A stretch of DNA of 64,000 bases from Octopus sinensis (Eukaryota): NCBI RefSeq assembly GCF_006345805.1, contig NC_042999.1:78678001-78742000 (forward strand), in the 5' to 3' direction. Below, piece by piece: positions 37,275 through 49,239 of this stretch (position 1 is its first letter; each line of letters opens with the position of its first letter). The notes beneath the pieces are model-generated. The model saw nothing but the letters and a program-made list of their open reading frames with translations, searched no databases and was not told the origin of the DNA. The position numbers and the translations under genes were made by a program.

Positions 37275-38131
37275 GTGTGAGTGTGTGTAGTTGGTGTCAA
37301 AAGAATTTTAGAAGCTTCCGAGGAATTATTTATAGCTTTATGTGCTTCAAGATCCACCGTTCCAAACAAAAAAAAAAAAAGAAAGCTTTTTTGAAAGCTT
37401 TTAAAGCTTTTAAGGCATCAGCACTGAATAAGTTTCTAAAATGGATATAGAAATTCGAAGGATTGCTTTTAGTCTAGTAGTAGAACTGCTGTCAAGTCTA
37501 CAGGAGATGTGGGTTCGTGTCCCACGGGCAGCTTTCGATGTTTTGTATCCAGAAAGGTTTTCTACAATTAATTGTGCGCTTCAAGACCCACAGTAAAAAA
37601 AAATAGGAACCCCAAAACAAAGAATTATACATCTATCTATATAAATAACCTTTCTTAACAGGGTTAACTTAAATGTTTCTTTGTAGATTAAATAAAATGA
37701 CAAACATTCGATTTTCGAGTATTGTTGAATTCTTATCAGAAGTTTCTACATCAATTTGCCCAATCCCAGAGAAATAAGCAGCATATCTGTTTACATACTC
37801 AACAATTACAGTGGCTTTACAAAACTGGGACTGCTAATTTGCATACTGTAAGTGTTAACACATTATTTTTCAAATATTAGCAGCCTGTCAACTGGGATCT
37901 CAATCCCCACAGTATCAAGGTATGTAACCCATATAGTATCTATGTAACAGGGATAATTTAGCTGCTTCTCTATAGACTGGAAAAATGATGAACAACCTTA
38001 ATCGATTTTCTTTCTATATATGTGCGAACTGTTATGTTGTTAGACTGAAACAGAGAGTATATTTATGGAAAGCCCGTGCATGTGCCTTGATTCATAATAT
38101 AGTCTGGTATTATACCCTCCAGTTCTGACTT

Positions 38132-38190
38132 TTGGTAACAACTATTGATAGTTGATAACAACTATTGATAGTTGGTAACAACTATTGATA
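38132..38190. repeat. 20-bp minisatellite, about 3 units, each with an internal palindrome
   Basis: TAACAACTATTGATAGTTGR at 38136, 38156 and 38176 (last partial); CAACTAT-TG-ATAGTTG. Confidence 0.9.
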
Positions 38191-38254
38191 AAATTCTTGG
38201 ATCCACTAAACAAAGATGGAAAAGATTAGACGGAAAGAAATACACACACACATG

Positions 38255-38308
<54 letters not shown>

Positions 38309-39751
38309 ATACCTTCTGACTCACTCACAAGTATAAATCTATAAACATGCATATACATACAAAGTGGAACTTAAAATTTGGGTCGCAAGAAATTAATCTA
38401 AAAAAATATAAAACCAAAATGTAAATCACTCTCCATTACGCACAAATGAAATAACGAAAGAAATTTCGTATAAGAAAAGCGTGAAACATGATCATGGTTG
38501 TGCTACTGATGGTATCATGATGGGGGTGTTGGCGCTGGTGCTGGTGTGGTGATGGTATAAACAGTGGTGATAATGGTAAGATGGTCGACACATCTAAATA
38601 CTTTAGATTTATCGGGCCATTATCATCTGTAAACACTGCTTGATAAATTTGTTGAAAACTTCATCCAATTAAGAGATGAAGTTAGGAAATAGTAAAACAA
38701 AAGGTAAAAAATTAAAATATATCAGTTTAAATTACTGATTTTTAAAAAAATTGAAAAAGAACGGAAAAATATGCTATGAAAATACGAAAAGAAACCGAAA
38801 AACAATTCTAAAATGGGAAAATTGTAAAGTAACTCCTGATGAAATTGTGAGGAAAGAAGTTAAGCTTGATAAAAACTAACTCCATGAATTCATCTGTATT
38901 ATGTGTGTGTATGTGTGTATTTGCATGCGTGTATGTATGTGTATATATATAAGTGTATATATTTGTGCGTGTATGTGTGTTTGTATGTATATGTGTGTCT
39001 ATGTGCATATGTTTGTTTGCGTGTATGTATGTCTATATATGTAGATAGATCGTTAGCTACTACACACATTTTTTTCTCTCCTGTTTCTCTCCTTGTTTTT
39101 TCTGTGTACTTTTCTATAGAAGAGCGTAGACTCGAAACATAAAAGACTTTTACTATTCCTGAGCGCTATACTAATACATCTGTTTGTTTGTACACCACCT
39201 GCCTTCGTCTTTGTTTATTTTCGTAAACTTTCCCTTTATATTATATATATATATATATATATATTAATATTATATATATATATATGCATGTGTGTGTGTA
39301 TGTGGAGGCACGTGGCTTAGTGGTGATGTTGGACCCTTGATCGTGAGATTGTGGCTTAGATTCTTGGACCAGTAGGAAAACATTTCTTTTCACGTTGCAC
39401 TCGTCCACTTAGCTAACCAAAGATTAGTAATTCCACGACTCACCGGTATCCTGCCCAGAGGGTGGTGAACGTACGTCATAGAATCCCGGAGAGCGGCCTT
39501 ATGGTCTTATAACTCGAAAATGATGTTTGATTCTTTTTTTATATAACTATATGTCTTGGATGAAGTTTTCATCATATTTGACTAGAGGTGTTCATAGACA
39601 ATAAAGTCTTGATAAACCTAAAATATTTAGGTGTCCCGATTACTCTACTTCCACCACAATCACTGTCACACAATATTCATCTCGGAGCTAGACGAATATT
39701 GTCGCCACAGCGACTCATGCGAAAGACGGACATACATACATACATACATAT

Positions 39752-39782
<31 letters not shown>

Positions 39783-39840
39783 TACACACATACATACATA
39801 CAAACATACATACATACATACATACACACATACATACATA

Positions 39841-41474
39841 CAGTGTTCCCCGAAAATAAGACCCGCTCTTATATTAATTCTGCATCCCAAAAACACATTA
39901 GTGCTTATTTTCGGGCTATGCCATATAATTTTGCGGAACAATCTAAGAAAGACAAGGAAGTCTCATGTCCTCGTGTAAAAGGAAAGAATTGTAAAAAGGA
40001 AACATGTTTTTAGTTATCAAAAGTATATTTTATTCAAATACAACATTTCGTCCTCATCTGAAATATCGTCATAAATTATTAAACCCCGAAGTTCAAACTG
40101 AATTTCTTGCAAATCCATTTCCTGGGGAATCATGGACCCAATCTCTCATGCTTGGCAATATAACTTTCCTTAAATGAAAACCTTTTGTCCAAGTACCCTG
40201 CTCGTAGTGTATTGGCAACGCAACTGTCTGTAATTTTATTCTATGAATTCTTCACCCAACTCACGACTTCTTGGAGGTTGGGTTTGACAAAGTTTCCTCG
40301 ATGATTTCTCTCCATTTTATGTTCGATATATTCATTCACTTCCATCCGTAAATAATCTTTGAAGGGCTTGTTTATTACAAGATCTAATGTTTGTAGATAC
40401 GAAGTGATTCCTGTGGGAATCATTATGTGGTCAAGTTGTCTTTCAGAAAGAAGGTTTTCATATTTTTTGTGCGATGAGTACTGGCCGAATCACAGACTAA
40501 AAGACCTCTCTGAGAACAATGTAAAACAAGTAGCATAATTAAATCAACCCATTTTCTTAAAATAACTTGTGTGCACCAAGCCTTTTCCGTTTCAAGGTTA
40601 TAAATGCCCGAAACTCATTCTATTTTCTCTTTTTGCCATTTGTAATGACAACTGGTGGGACTTTTGTTCTATCAAGACGAATTGCTAAAATACAAGTAAC
40701 TCTTGCACTTTCGTAACCCGTTGAGGCAACGTAGATTGACGAGGCACTTGACTGTTCAATCGTCGTTTTAGATCCTTGGCCCGTAAATTCTGTAGTTTCA
40801 TCCATAGCAATTATATTGGAGAGATTGTATTTAGAAAAATCGATGCCGTCAACGAAGGACTTGAATGAAAGTGCACGTTGAATCACTTCAGCATCCTCCA
40901 GCTTGAACAGTGTTGTCGATCTTCTTAGAGAGAGCTCAAATCGCCGAAGAAAGTTAACCAATGACGTGATGTTTTCAATATCTCTGGGGGTATATCTAAC
41001 TGTGGTGCCATTACAAGAAAAAATTCTTGAATATCAGTCCTGTTTACAACCAAAGCCTTTGTTTTTCTTTCAGCAATCCATCCCGAGGTAATATGTACCA
41101 GCTCCGAAAATAACGGTTGTCGACCTGATCCACATTTGCGCTTCTTGGCACTTCCTTCATCCATCTGTCTGCTGAGATTATATTACTCTGCTCGGCATTT
41201 TCGAACCATTCAGAGATACAAGATCTTACAGAAAGATTCTTGTTGCGTGACTCTTCCACAATTCCTTTCTTGTACTCCACGGAATAATTTTTTCTTTTTG
41301 CACTCATCTTGCCTGGGGGACAAGGGAGTCAAACCAAGGGTGTCAGCTCCGTGCATGCGCGCTTAGCGCAGACTGTAACTAAGCAGCGGTTGTTGGTTTA
41401 TTTTTCAAACATCATATAGTCTTGCTAACAAGGTGATGCATTTTTGACTAGGTCTTATTTTCAGGGAAATACGG
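39841..41474 (-). mobile_element. Full-length but frameshifted pogo/Tigger-like DNA transposon
   Basis: TIRs CAGTGTTCCCCGAAAATAAGACC / GGTCTTATTTTCAGGGAAATACGG with TA flanks; ORF pieces give RKNYSVEYKK (HTH), GSGRQPLF..WI (CENP-B HTH), RRFELSLRR, AMDET, IPTGITSYLQTLDLVINKPFK (DDE_1). Confidence 0.92.
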
Positions 41475-41605
41475 TATATATATATATACTCATCATCCAT
41501 TTATAGATTTTCTTCAATTTCTCCATTATACAAATATACATACATGTACATGTATACACACACAACAAAATACATTCTTTCTGTCTTTCTGTCTGTCTGT
41601 CTGTC

Positions 41606-41652
<47 letters not shown>

Positions 41653-41666
41653 ATATATATATATAT

Positions 41667-41941
41667 GGAGGCGCAATGTCCCAGTGGTTAGGGCAGCGGA
41701 CTCGCGGTTTCGATTCCCAGACCGGGCGTTGTGAGTGTTTATTGAGCAAAAACACCGAAAAGCTCCACGACGCTCTGGCAGGGGGTGGTGATCCCTGCTG
41801 TACTCTTTCACCACTCTTTCTCCCACTCTTTCTTCTGTTGGCCTGCTCGCTTAGCCAGCGGGGTGGCGTCATTCGAAGGCTAAAACAATGCGAACGCATT
41901 GTGACCAGCGATGTGTAACTACATCTGATGGACTGGTCGGT

Positions 41942-41950
<9 letters not shown>
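41667..41950 (+). mobile_element. SINE family C
   Basis: Colinear with 25154-25465 including the tail GCATTGTGACCAGCGATGTG. Confidence 0.9.
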
Positions 41951-41986
<36 letters not shown>

Positions 41987-42114
41987 CATCTTCTTTGTAT
42001 CTTACAATACACATTTCGAGGCTTAAAAAAAAAACAAATGTTAGGTTGCTTATATTTATATACACGTGTATATAAATATAAGCAAACTAACATATATATG
42101 TTATATGTGCCCCA

Positions 42115-42158
<44 letters not shown>

Positions 42159-42739
42159 TGGGGTACACAGAAGACAGTTAACTCGGTACAAGTAGAATTT
42201 ATATATATGTATGTATATATATAAGAAGTTATTTACTCACATTGTCGCTACTCATTGTTTCCTGTAACACAAAATACCATACTATGCCATATCACAGCAC
42301 ACTACACCATACCGCATCACATCTCATCACAATTCATCACATCTCATCTCATAACATCATGTCATACAAAAGTATACTTCAGAGCAATAATAATTATTCT
42401 ATGGTTGGTTGTTAAAGCGTTCAGCTGACACGGCAAGTACATTTTATGTATTTTTATTGGTTATGTTGAATCATGGATTCACAAAATCGTAGAATTATTA
42501 TTGCATTCGTAGAATAATAATTGAATGGCAAGAATTCCATAAAACCAGTGTGCCTACACTGATGCGAACAAGCATACACAAAAATATATGTTGCTTGTAT
42601 ATATGTATATGTATACAAACAAACATACACATACATACTCACACAAACACACATACATTTACATAGGTATAAGTATGGATATATATATGTATGTATGTAT
42701 GCAAGTATGTGTGTAGGTATTTATGTATGTGTATGCATG

Positions 42740-42777
<38 letters not shown>

Positions 42778-42884
42778 ATATCGGAGTAAACACATAAATG
42801 TGAAACAAGGTGGAAAAAAGAGTACTCAAATACCAGTGGTAGAGTAATATGCTTTATTTAAAGCAGCAGAAAATTCAACAAAAC

Positions 42885-42922
42885 CTGTTACTTTAAGTTT
42901 CACGTTGACGTTCATCGGACAG
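42885..42922 (-). ncRNA. Minimal type I hammerhead ribozyme motif (minus-strand copy)
   Basis: CUGU / CCGAUGA / ACG-UCAA-CGU / GAAA / CUUAAAG / UA / ACAG. Confidence 0.65.
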
Positions 42923-42942
42923 TTTTTGCTATTCAAGCAAAA

Positions 42943-42980
42943 CTGTCCGATGAACGGCAACGTGAAACTCAGAGTAACAG
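42943..42980 (+). ncRNA. Minimal type I hammerhead ribozyme motif (plus-strand copy)
   Basis: CUGU / CCGAUGA / ACG-GCAA-CGU / GAAA / CUCAGAG / UA / ACAG; predicted cut after 42976. Confidence 0.7.
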
Positions 42981-43030
42981 GTTTTGTTGAATTTTCTGCT
43001 GCTTTAAATAAAGTATACATACATATATAT

Positions 43031-43090
<60 letters not shown>

Positions 43091-43154
43091 CACATATACA
43101 TAGATATATATATACATATATATATACATATATACAAATATATATATTAAAAAG

Positions 43155-43530
43155 CGCAGGCGTAGCTGTGTGGTAAGAAACTTGCTTCTCAACCACACAG
43201 TTCCGAGTTCTGCGCAAGTGTCTTCTACTATAGCCTGGGGAGGACGAAAGCCTTGTGAGTGGATTTGCAAGATGGAAGCTGAAAGAAGCTCGTCGTATAT
43301 ATATATATTATATATATATATTATATGTATGTGTGTGTGTGTGTGTGTCCACCATCGCCTGACAACCGATGTTGGTGTTTTGCGTCCCTGGAATCTAGCG
43401 GTTCGGCAAAAGAGCCCGTTAGAATAAGTACTAGGCTTACAAAGAATAAGTCCTGGGGTCGATTTGCTTGACTAAAGGCGGTATTCCAGCGTGCGCGCAG
43501 TTAAATGACTGAAACAGGTAAAAGAATAAA
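43155..43530 (+). mobile_element. SINE family A with internal microsatellite
   Basis: Head GCGCAGGCGTAGCTGTGTGGTAAG, tail GCAGTTAAATGACTGAAAC. Confidence 0.85.
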
Positions 43531-44283
43531 AAAAAAAATAGATATATAAACGATGTTTTGTGAGTGAACAGGTCGCAGTTTGAAAGCGACAAAAATATTT
43601 TGACATAAATGAAATTTAAATTTCGAAGTAAATTAACGATTTTTTCGTATTCTTAAATGGCCCATGAACATCTTCCACGCTGCAATTGCGTTTGTTTCAG
43701 CATACGATCAAGTCACTTGCTTTGCAAGTACATCTCCATAATATATATATATATATATTCCCTTTTTTCTTTTTTTTTACTATACATGTATATGAATACA
43801 CACACACACACACAAATATGTATGTATGTGTGCACACAAGCACATGTATTTCATATTCTGTTGTAGAAATGATGATTAACAAATCGTTAACGGCAAATAT
43901 CGTGCTTTATTATAATGTTTTTATTAGGAGGGGAGGAATTTCGGCATAAAATTCCAGTGGTATGAGTACGAACTCATGAACCAGACACGGTTGAAGGCAA
44001 ATGTTAGCTGGTATTCAATAAGAAAGTAATTACAATAAAGATAAAAAAACGGCATATACTCACACACCTACACACACACACAGACACACACACAGACACA
44101 GACACACACACAGACAGACAGACACACACACACATGCGCTCACATTTAAGGGCTCTATGCTTTTGTTTGAACTATAACGCAACAAGCACTATTAAGGGCA
44201 ATATAATCTATGAATCTGTTTAGGGTTGATGTAATTATTTATTAAACTGACCCTACAGACGGAAGTAAGGATTTACTTTCTAC

Positions 44284-44343
<60 letters not shown>

Positions 44344-44530
44344 GTCTGCCTGTCTGTCTGCCTGTCTGTCTGCCTGTCTGTCTGCCTGTCTGTCTGCCTG
44401 CCTGTCTGTCTGTCTGTCTGTCTGTCTATCCGTCCGTCTGTCCGTCCGTCCGTCTGTCCGTCCGTCCGTCCGTCTGTCTGTCTGTCTGTCTGTCCGTCCG
44501 TCTGTCTGTCTGTCAGTCTGTCAGTCTGTC
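44284..44530. repeat. (TCTA)n to (TCTG/CCTG/TCCG)n compound tetranucleotide microsatellite
   Basis: Visible tandem units. Confidence 0.95.
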
Positions 44531-44639
44531 ACAGCTCTCGTTGTCAAAGTTTGATGCCAGTTCTTCTAAAATCTTTAACACACACACACACACCACACAC
44601 ACACACACACACACATTCACATATATAACTATATATCTT

Positions 44640-45260
44640 TCCAGCCTGAAGACTCAGAGTTTTCAATTGTTCCAGTACTTAATCAGCTCGACCAACATAC
44701 TTATAGAACCAGCAGAGATTCCTGTCTTCTTTTTCAGATAATCTCAGAAACCACCATGCCAATCGCTTGCACATTGTTGTTTTTTTTTATAATTTGAAGC
44801 GATGCTTCATTTCTCATCTTAATCCCTATGTCATACACTTATTATGACTCTGCGATTCTCTCCAGCTCCAGTGTATCCTAGTTGCAAAATGTAATCAGTC
44901 TGCCAGCATTAAATTGCATGTTGTTTTCCTCAGTGCATTTGAATATTACAATGAGATATTTCAGGACGTTTTGCCGTCATCGGATTCTTGGTTGCCTTTC
45001 ATATTTTTATATCATTAGCATAACTAATGAGAGTGACTGTTCGTATAACTTAGGTAACCATCTTAAGCTATAATGGCCCCGTTGGCTGTAATAACTTCAA
45101 TCCCGTCTAGTGAAAGGTCATGCAGCCATTTTTCGAGTTTTCGAACTAAGCTAAAGATCATGTAGTTTGCGATAGATTATGCTGAAATCGTAATGCCGTG
45201 ATCTATCATATTCACACTTGAATGGCTGAGCGGCCAAAGTTTCGTGGTGCAGAACATATT
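44640..45260 (-). mobile_element. Very degraded CR1-like RT fragment
   Basis: Patchy resemblance, by eye, to the reverse complement of 51150-51780 and to 59850-59950. Confidence 0.35.
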
Positions 45261-45483
45261 CACATTATCAGATGTTCGGAATAAGAATAGAGAGAAAATA
45301 TTTAAATATAATTTAAAATAACCACTAGATGAAAGTATTTAAATCTTCATTGGTCAGTATAGATCACGTGAATGTTATAACTATCTAGTGAAATCCTTTC
45401 TTACATTCCATACTCCATCAGTTCTTTCACAGCATATGCTAAGGCATACTGAACGACGTTGGCATCAGTTAGTCGGTATTCTG

Positions 45484-45610
45484 TAGAGCATAGCTTCCCA
45501 AAATGGGCGATATTGCCCACCAGTGGGCGATTTCAACTTACAGGTGGCTGGTGGATAAATTTCTAGAAAATAGTGTGCGATATGAACATTTTGTGGGTGA
45601 CAAAGAATTT
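45484..45610 (+). mobile_element. hAT/Charlie-like terminus remnant
   Basis: TAGAGCATAGCTTCCCAAAATGGGCG resembles CAGTGGTTCCCAAA-type hAT ends. Confidence 0.4.
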
Positions 45611-45759
45611 TTATAAATTAATTCTGCATTTACTTGTATCTAGTCATGCCTAGAATAAGGGTGCACTTTTATCGATTTAACTACCGAATACTCCAAACTG
45701 GTAGAGTAATCCGTTTGAGGTCGATGTACTCGATTGCGTCTGGGTTTTATTTTTTTTTA

Positions 45760-46330
45760 CACAGGTGGGTGATGGAGCATTTGTTGGCTGATAGGTAGAC
45801 GATATTGCAATTTCGCAATACAGTGTAGAGTGTAACATTTCAGCGACAACAGCTATCGCGTACAGAGGTAACCAGTTCGCTGGTGTCGGGTTACATATGA
45901 ATTTGTGCCTGCCAGAAGCTGTAATATTCCTATAGACACCAGAGATCATATTCCCAGTACTTGTGCGTGGGTCAGCTAGGCTTAGGGTGGTATTTTTTAG
46001 GTTAACAAAGGTTTGAAGTTAATGAACAGAGCGTATCTCTAATGAGAGCAATAGAATAGATCGGATATTCTTTTAGTGGATTCTGCAAGATTGTGACGTA
46101 TAGCTACTTCCACTTGACGTCAGAATCAGCAAATACGAGTAAGGCAGAAACTGATAAATATGCTTCGTGTAATTTTGGAGCAGTCGATTCGATGGCCTAT
46201 GTGTTCAAGCAGGACTATGTGTTGAAGTTTGCTCTGCCCTTACACCCGAAGGAGTACATATGTTACGTAGAACTTCTTTTGAGGAAAGCTGAGCTGACCA
46301 ATAGAGGTTTAAAGTCTCCCACATAGGTGC
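45760..46330 (-). mobile_element. Degraded RTE-like AP-endonuclease fragment
   Basis: Residual motifs FADS, IALIRDTL and ISSTYQPT resemble ETRxADSG, FAIRxxL and ISAYAPT. Confidence 0.45.
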
Positions 46331-46458
46331 TATTTTAAATTTCTTTTAAATTCTGTTCATTGTTACTCCGAAAATCTGATGATGTGGACCTGTTTTGTGT
46401 CAATGAAACTTTAAGTATTCTGGAGCTTAATCAGCTTCTTATTAAATATATACATATA

Positions 46459-46840
46459 TAGGTGTGGCTGTGTGGTAAGAACCTTGCTTCCCAACCACAT
46501 GGTTCTGGGTTCAGTCCCACTATATGGTACCTCGAGCAAGCGTCTTCTGCTATAGCTCTGGGCCGACCAAAGCATTGTGAGTGGATTTAGTAGACGGAAA
46601 CTGAAAGAAGCCTGTCGTGTATATGTATCTATATGCGTTTGCGTGTTTGTGTTTGTCCCTCCACCATCGCTTGCCAACCGATGTTGGTGTGTTTAAGTCC
46701 CAGTAACATTAGCGGTTCGGCAAGAGACTGATAGAATAAGTACTAGGCTTACAAAGAATAAGTCCTGGGGTCGATTTGTTCGACTAAAGGTGGGGCTCCA
46801 GCATGGCCGCTGTCAAATGACTGAAACAAGTAAAAGAAGG
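46459..46840 (+). mobile_element. SINE family A, near complete
   Basis: A/B boxes, body, short microsatellite, tail GCTCCAGCATGGCCGCTGTCAAATGACTGAAAC. Confidence 0.9.
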
Positions 46841-46905
46841 ATAAAAGAAGAATACAACTTTAAATGAGTGAGATGAATGGTACTGTCTTTCATTTGTTCA
46901 TCCAG

Positions 46906-46979
<74 letters not shown>

Positions 46980-47029
46980 GTGTATTTTATGTTCTTCTGT
47001 ATCTCTTTAATTCAAAGTAAATTCTGACC

Positions 47030-47770
47030 GTCCGTCTTCTTGGTGGCAAGGTTGTGAAGGAAAACATCTTGCTTTGTTGATCAGCGTTTAAATCTTGAGA
47101 TGGTCTTGCAGATTCTTATAGTCCTAGATATCACGATCATTTATAGTGTATGAATTAAGGATTTGAGTTCTTTCTTCAAGAACTCAGGTTCAGCCATACC
47201 TTGCTCCAGACGGGTTGGTATACATCCTGTTGCTCCAATATTGATAGGTATGAAACCCGAAGGGTATCTGGGGTAATGGATTTGCCAACTCTTTATCAAT
47301 GGTCCATAGATAACCTCTTTCTGTTGTATTTTTGTAACCACATTAGTCTCCAGAGGATAGCATATTTCCACAACAGAACACATCATTTCCTTATGGTCTC
47401 ACACAATATCTGGGCAGTTGTATTTTAATTTGGTGTCTGTTTTAATTTTTAAGTTCCACCAATATACTTTCGATCCATCGGTTCCAATATGGTCAACTTC
47501 GTCTGTATTTGTTTTCTTTTTTGTTACCTGTTCCACACCGCTCTGGTCACCGCATTTTGCTTCATGGAAAGACTGGAAGCCATTCTCTCGCAGTTGGCAA
47601 TAATGTGGTCTTCAGTCTTGGTCTTGCACAGCTTATATTTGTTGTCTGCCTGTTATACTGTAGGTTCTTGGTGGGGACCTCTTCTTCTTGAATTTCATGG
47701 AGGTAGCCATCAAAGTCGGATGTCATAATCTTGTCGGTACTCTATGCCAAGCTTTTAACATGATCAAACT
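47030..47770 (-). mobile_element. Degraded RLE-type non-LTR retrotransposon 3' fragment
   Basis: PDI...CSVVEICYP...KEVIYGPL...FIPINIGATG is a PD-(D/E)xK endonuclease region like IPIIVGALG in the Dong ORF. Confidence 0.65.
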
Positions 47771-48874
47771 CTTCTATGTTTTGCGTTTTTCGTGCCAAGT
47801 ACCTATGTACTATCATTTCAGTGAACTACTCCATTTTTTTCATTTCGCTCTTCTTTATGTATGTATGTATGTATGTATGTATGTATGTATGTATGTATGT
47901 ATGTATGTATGTATGTATGTATGTATGTGTGTATGTTTGTGTCTGTGTATGTACACACACACGCGCACATACACATACACACACACGCACACTCTTATAC
48001 GCATGCGCGTGCATATCCGTTCGGATGTATAATAGAATATTTAAAGAAAGTGAAACGTGTTGAAACAAAGAATTCTTACTTGAAAGAGAATAATTCTTTC
48101 TCATACACGAATCTTTGTATTTGTAGGTTCCTCTTTGTTTAAAAATGTAAGCATATATTCGACCTTCAATCGCAGGTGAACCAAGTAAATTAAATTTTAT
48201 ATACACTCATACGGACACACACGTATCACATGCACATATGCGTGTGAGCAATTCTGAACACACACACACACGCACACACACACGCACACACACACACACA
48301 CATATGTATGTATCATATATATACACACATATATATAATTATGTGTGCGTGTGTATGTGTGTGCATAATATATACACATGCATATATTTTACACATAATT
48401 CTGCAAATATCTATGTATGTACACATGTACGGTTGCATGTATGTGTGCATGTAGTACTGATGCAGATAGCGCAATCATGTGTGGAGATGAATAAAAACTA
48501 CACAAAGCTGACTCAGCTCGCTTCGTTCTAAGTGGAATCCGAACTTCTCATCTTATTTATTTATCACTATTTACTGTTACTGTTTATTTCTTCACCACTT
48601 CAATCCTGCATTGGGGAACATTTCTCATTACGAAATATCAACTAGTTAAGCTTTTCGTTCTGTATCTGGAACCAATGGAAAGACGTATTGCTAAGTTAGT
48701 CTTAGTCTTACTACATTTAATACAGGGGTGGGGTTTCGTTAAAACGTTATGTTGCAATACAATGCACACACAAAGAAATATTGGTCTTGATTCAGCTACA
48801 TGAGAGATGAACCAAACGAAAGTATTTGGAAAATATTGGTACCAGATTTCGTTTGGTTAAAAAAATGTGCATAT

Positions 48875-49045
48875 AGGTGCAGAGACATGGCTGTGTAGTT
48901 AAGATGCTCACTTTGCAACCATATGGTTTCGGTTTCATCTCCACTGCATGGTTCCGTGAGTAAGTGCTTTTTGTAAAATGGCCCCTGGCCGACCAATGTT
49001 TTGTGAGTGAATTTTGGTAGACAGAATCTGTGAAAATCTGTCGTG
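48875..49045 (+). mobile_element. SINE family A head (diverged)
   Basis: GGTGCAGAGACATGGCTGTGTAGTTAAG...GCCGACCAATG..TTGTGAGTGAATTTTGGTAGAC. Confidence 0.7.
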
Positions 49046-49125
<80 letters not shown>

Positions 49126-49239
49126 ATATGTATGTATGCATGTATGTATGTATGTATGCATGTATGTATATATATCTATATCTATCTATCTATCTATATA
49201 TATATATTGAACAACACTATTTTTCTGCATGATACAAAA

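Larger units (their letters stand above)
42782..43017. mobile_element. Penelope-type terminal repeat remnant forming an ~80-bp-arm inverted repeat
   Basis: 42848-42930 reverse-complements 42936-43017 around loop ATTCA; each arm carries a hammerhead motif. Confidence 0.8.

Noticed and set aside
38132-38190. CRISPR-like array
   Set aside because: Units are contiguous with no spacers, there are no cas genes, and the context is eukaryotic
42272-42366. Degenerate 5-bp periodic tract (CATCA/CACCA-like)
   Set aside because: Old pentanucleotide microsatellite; no further structure
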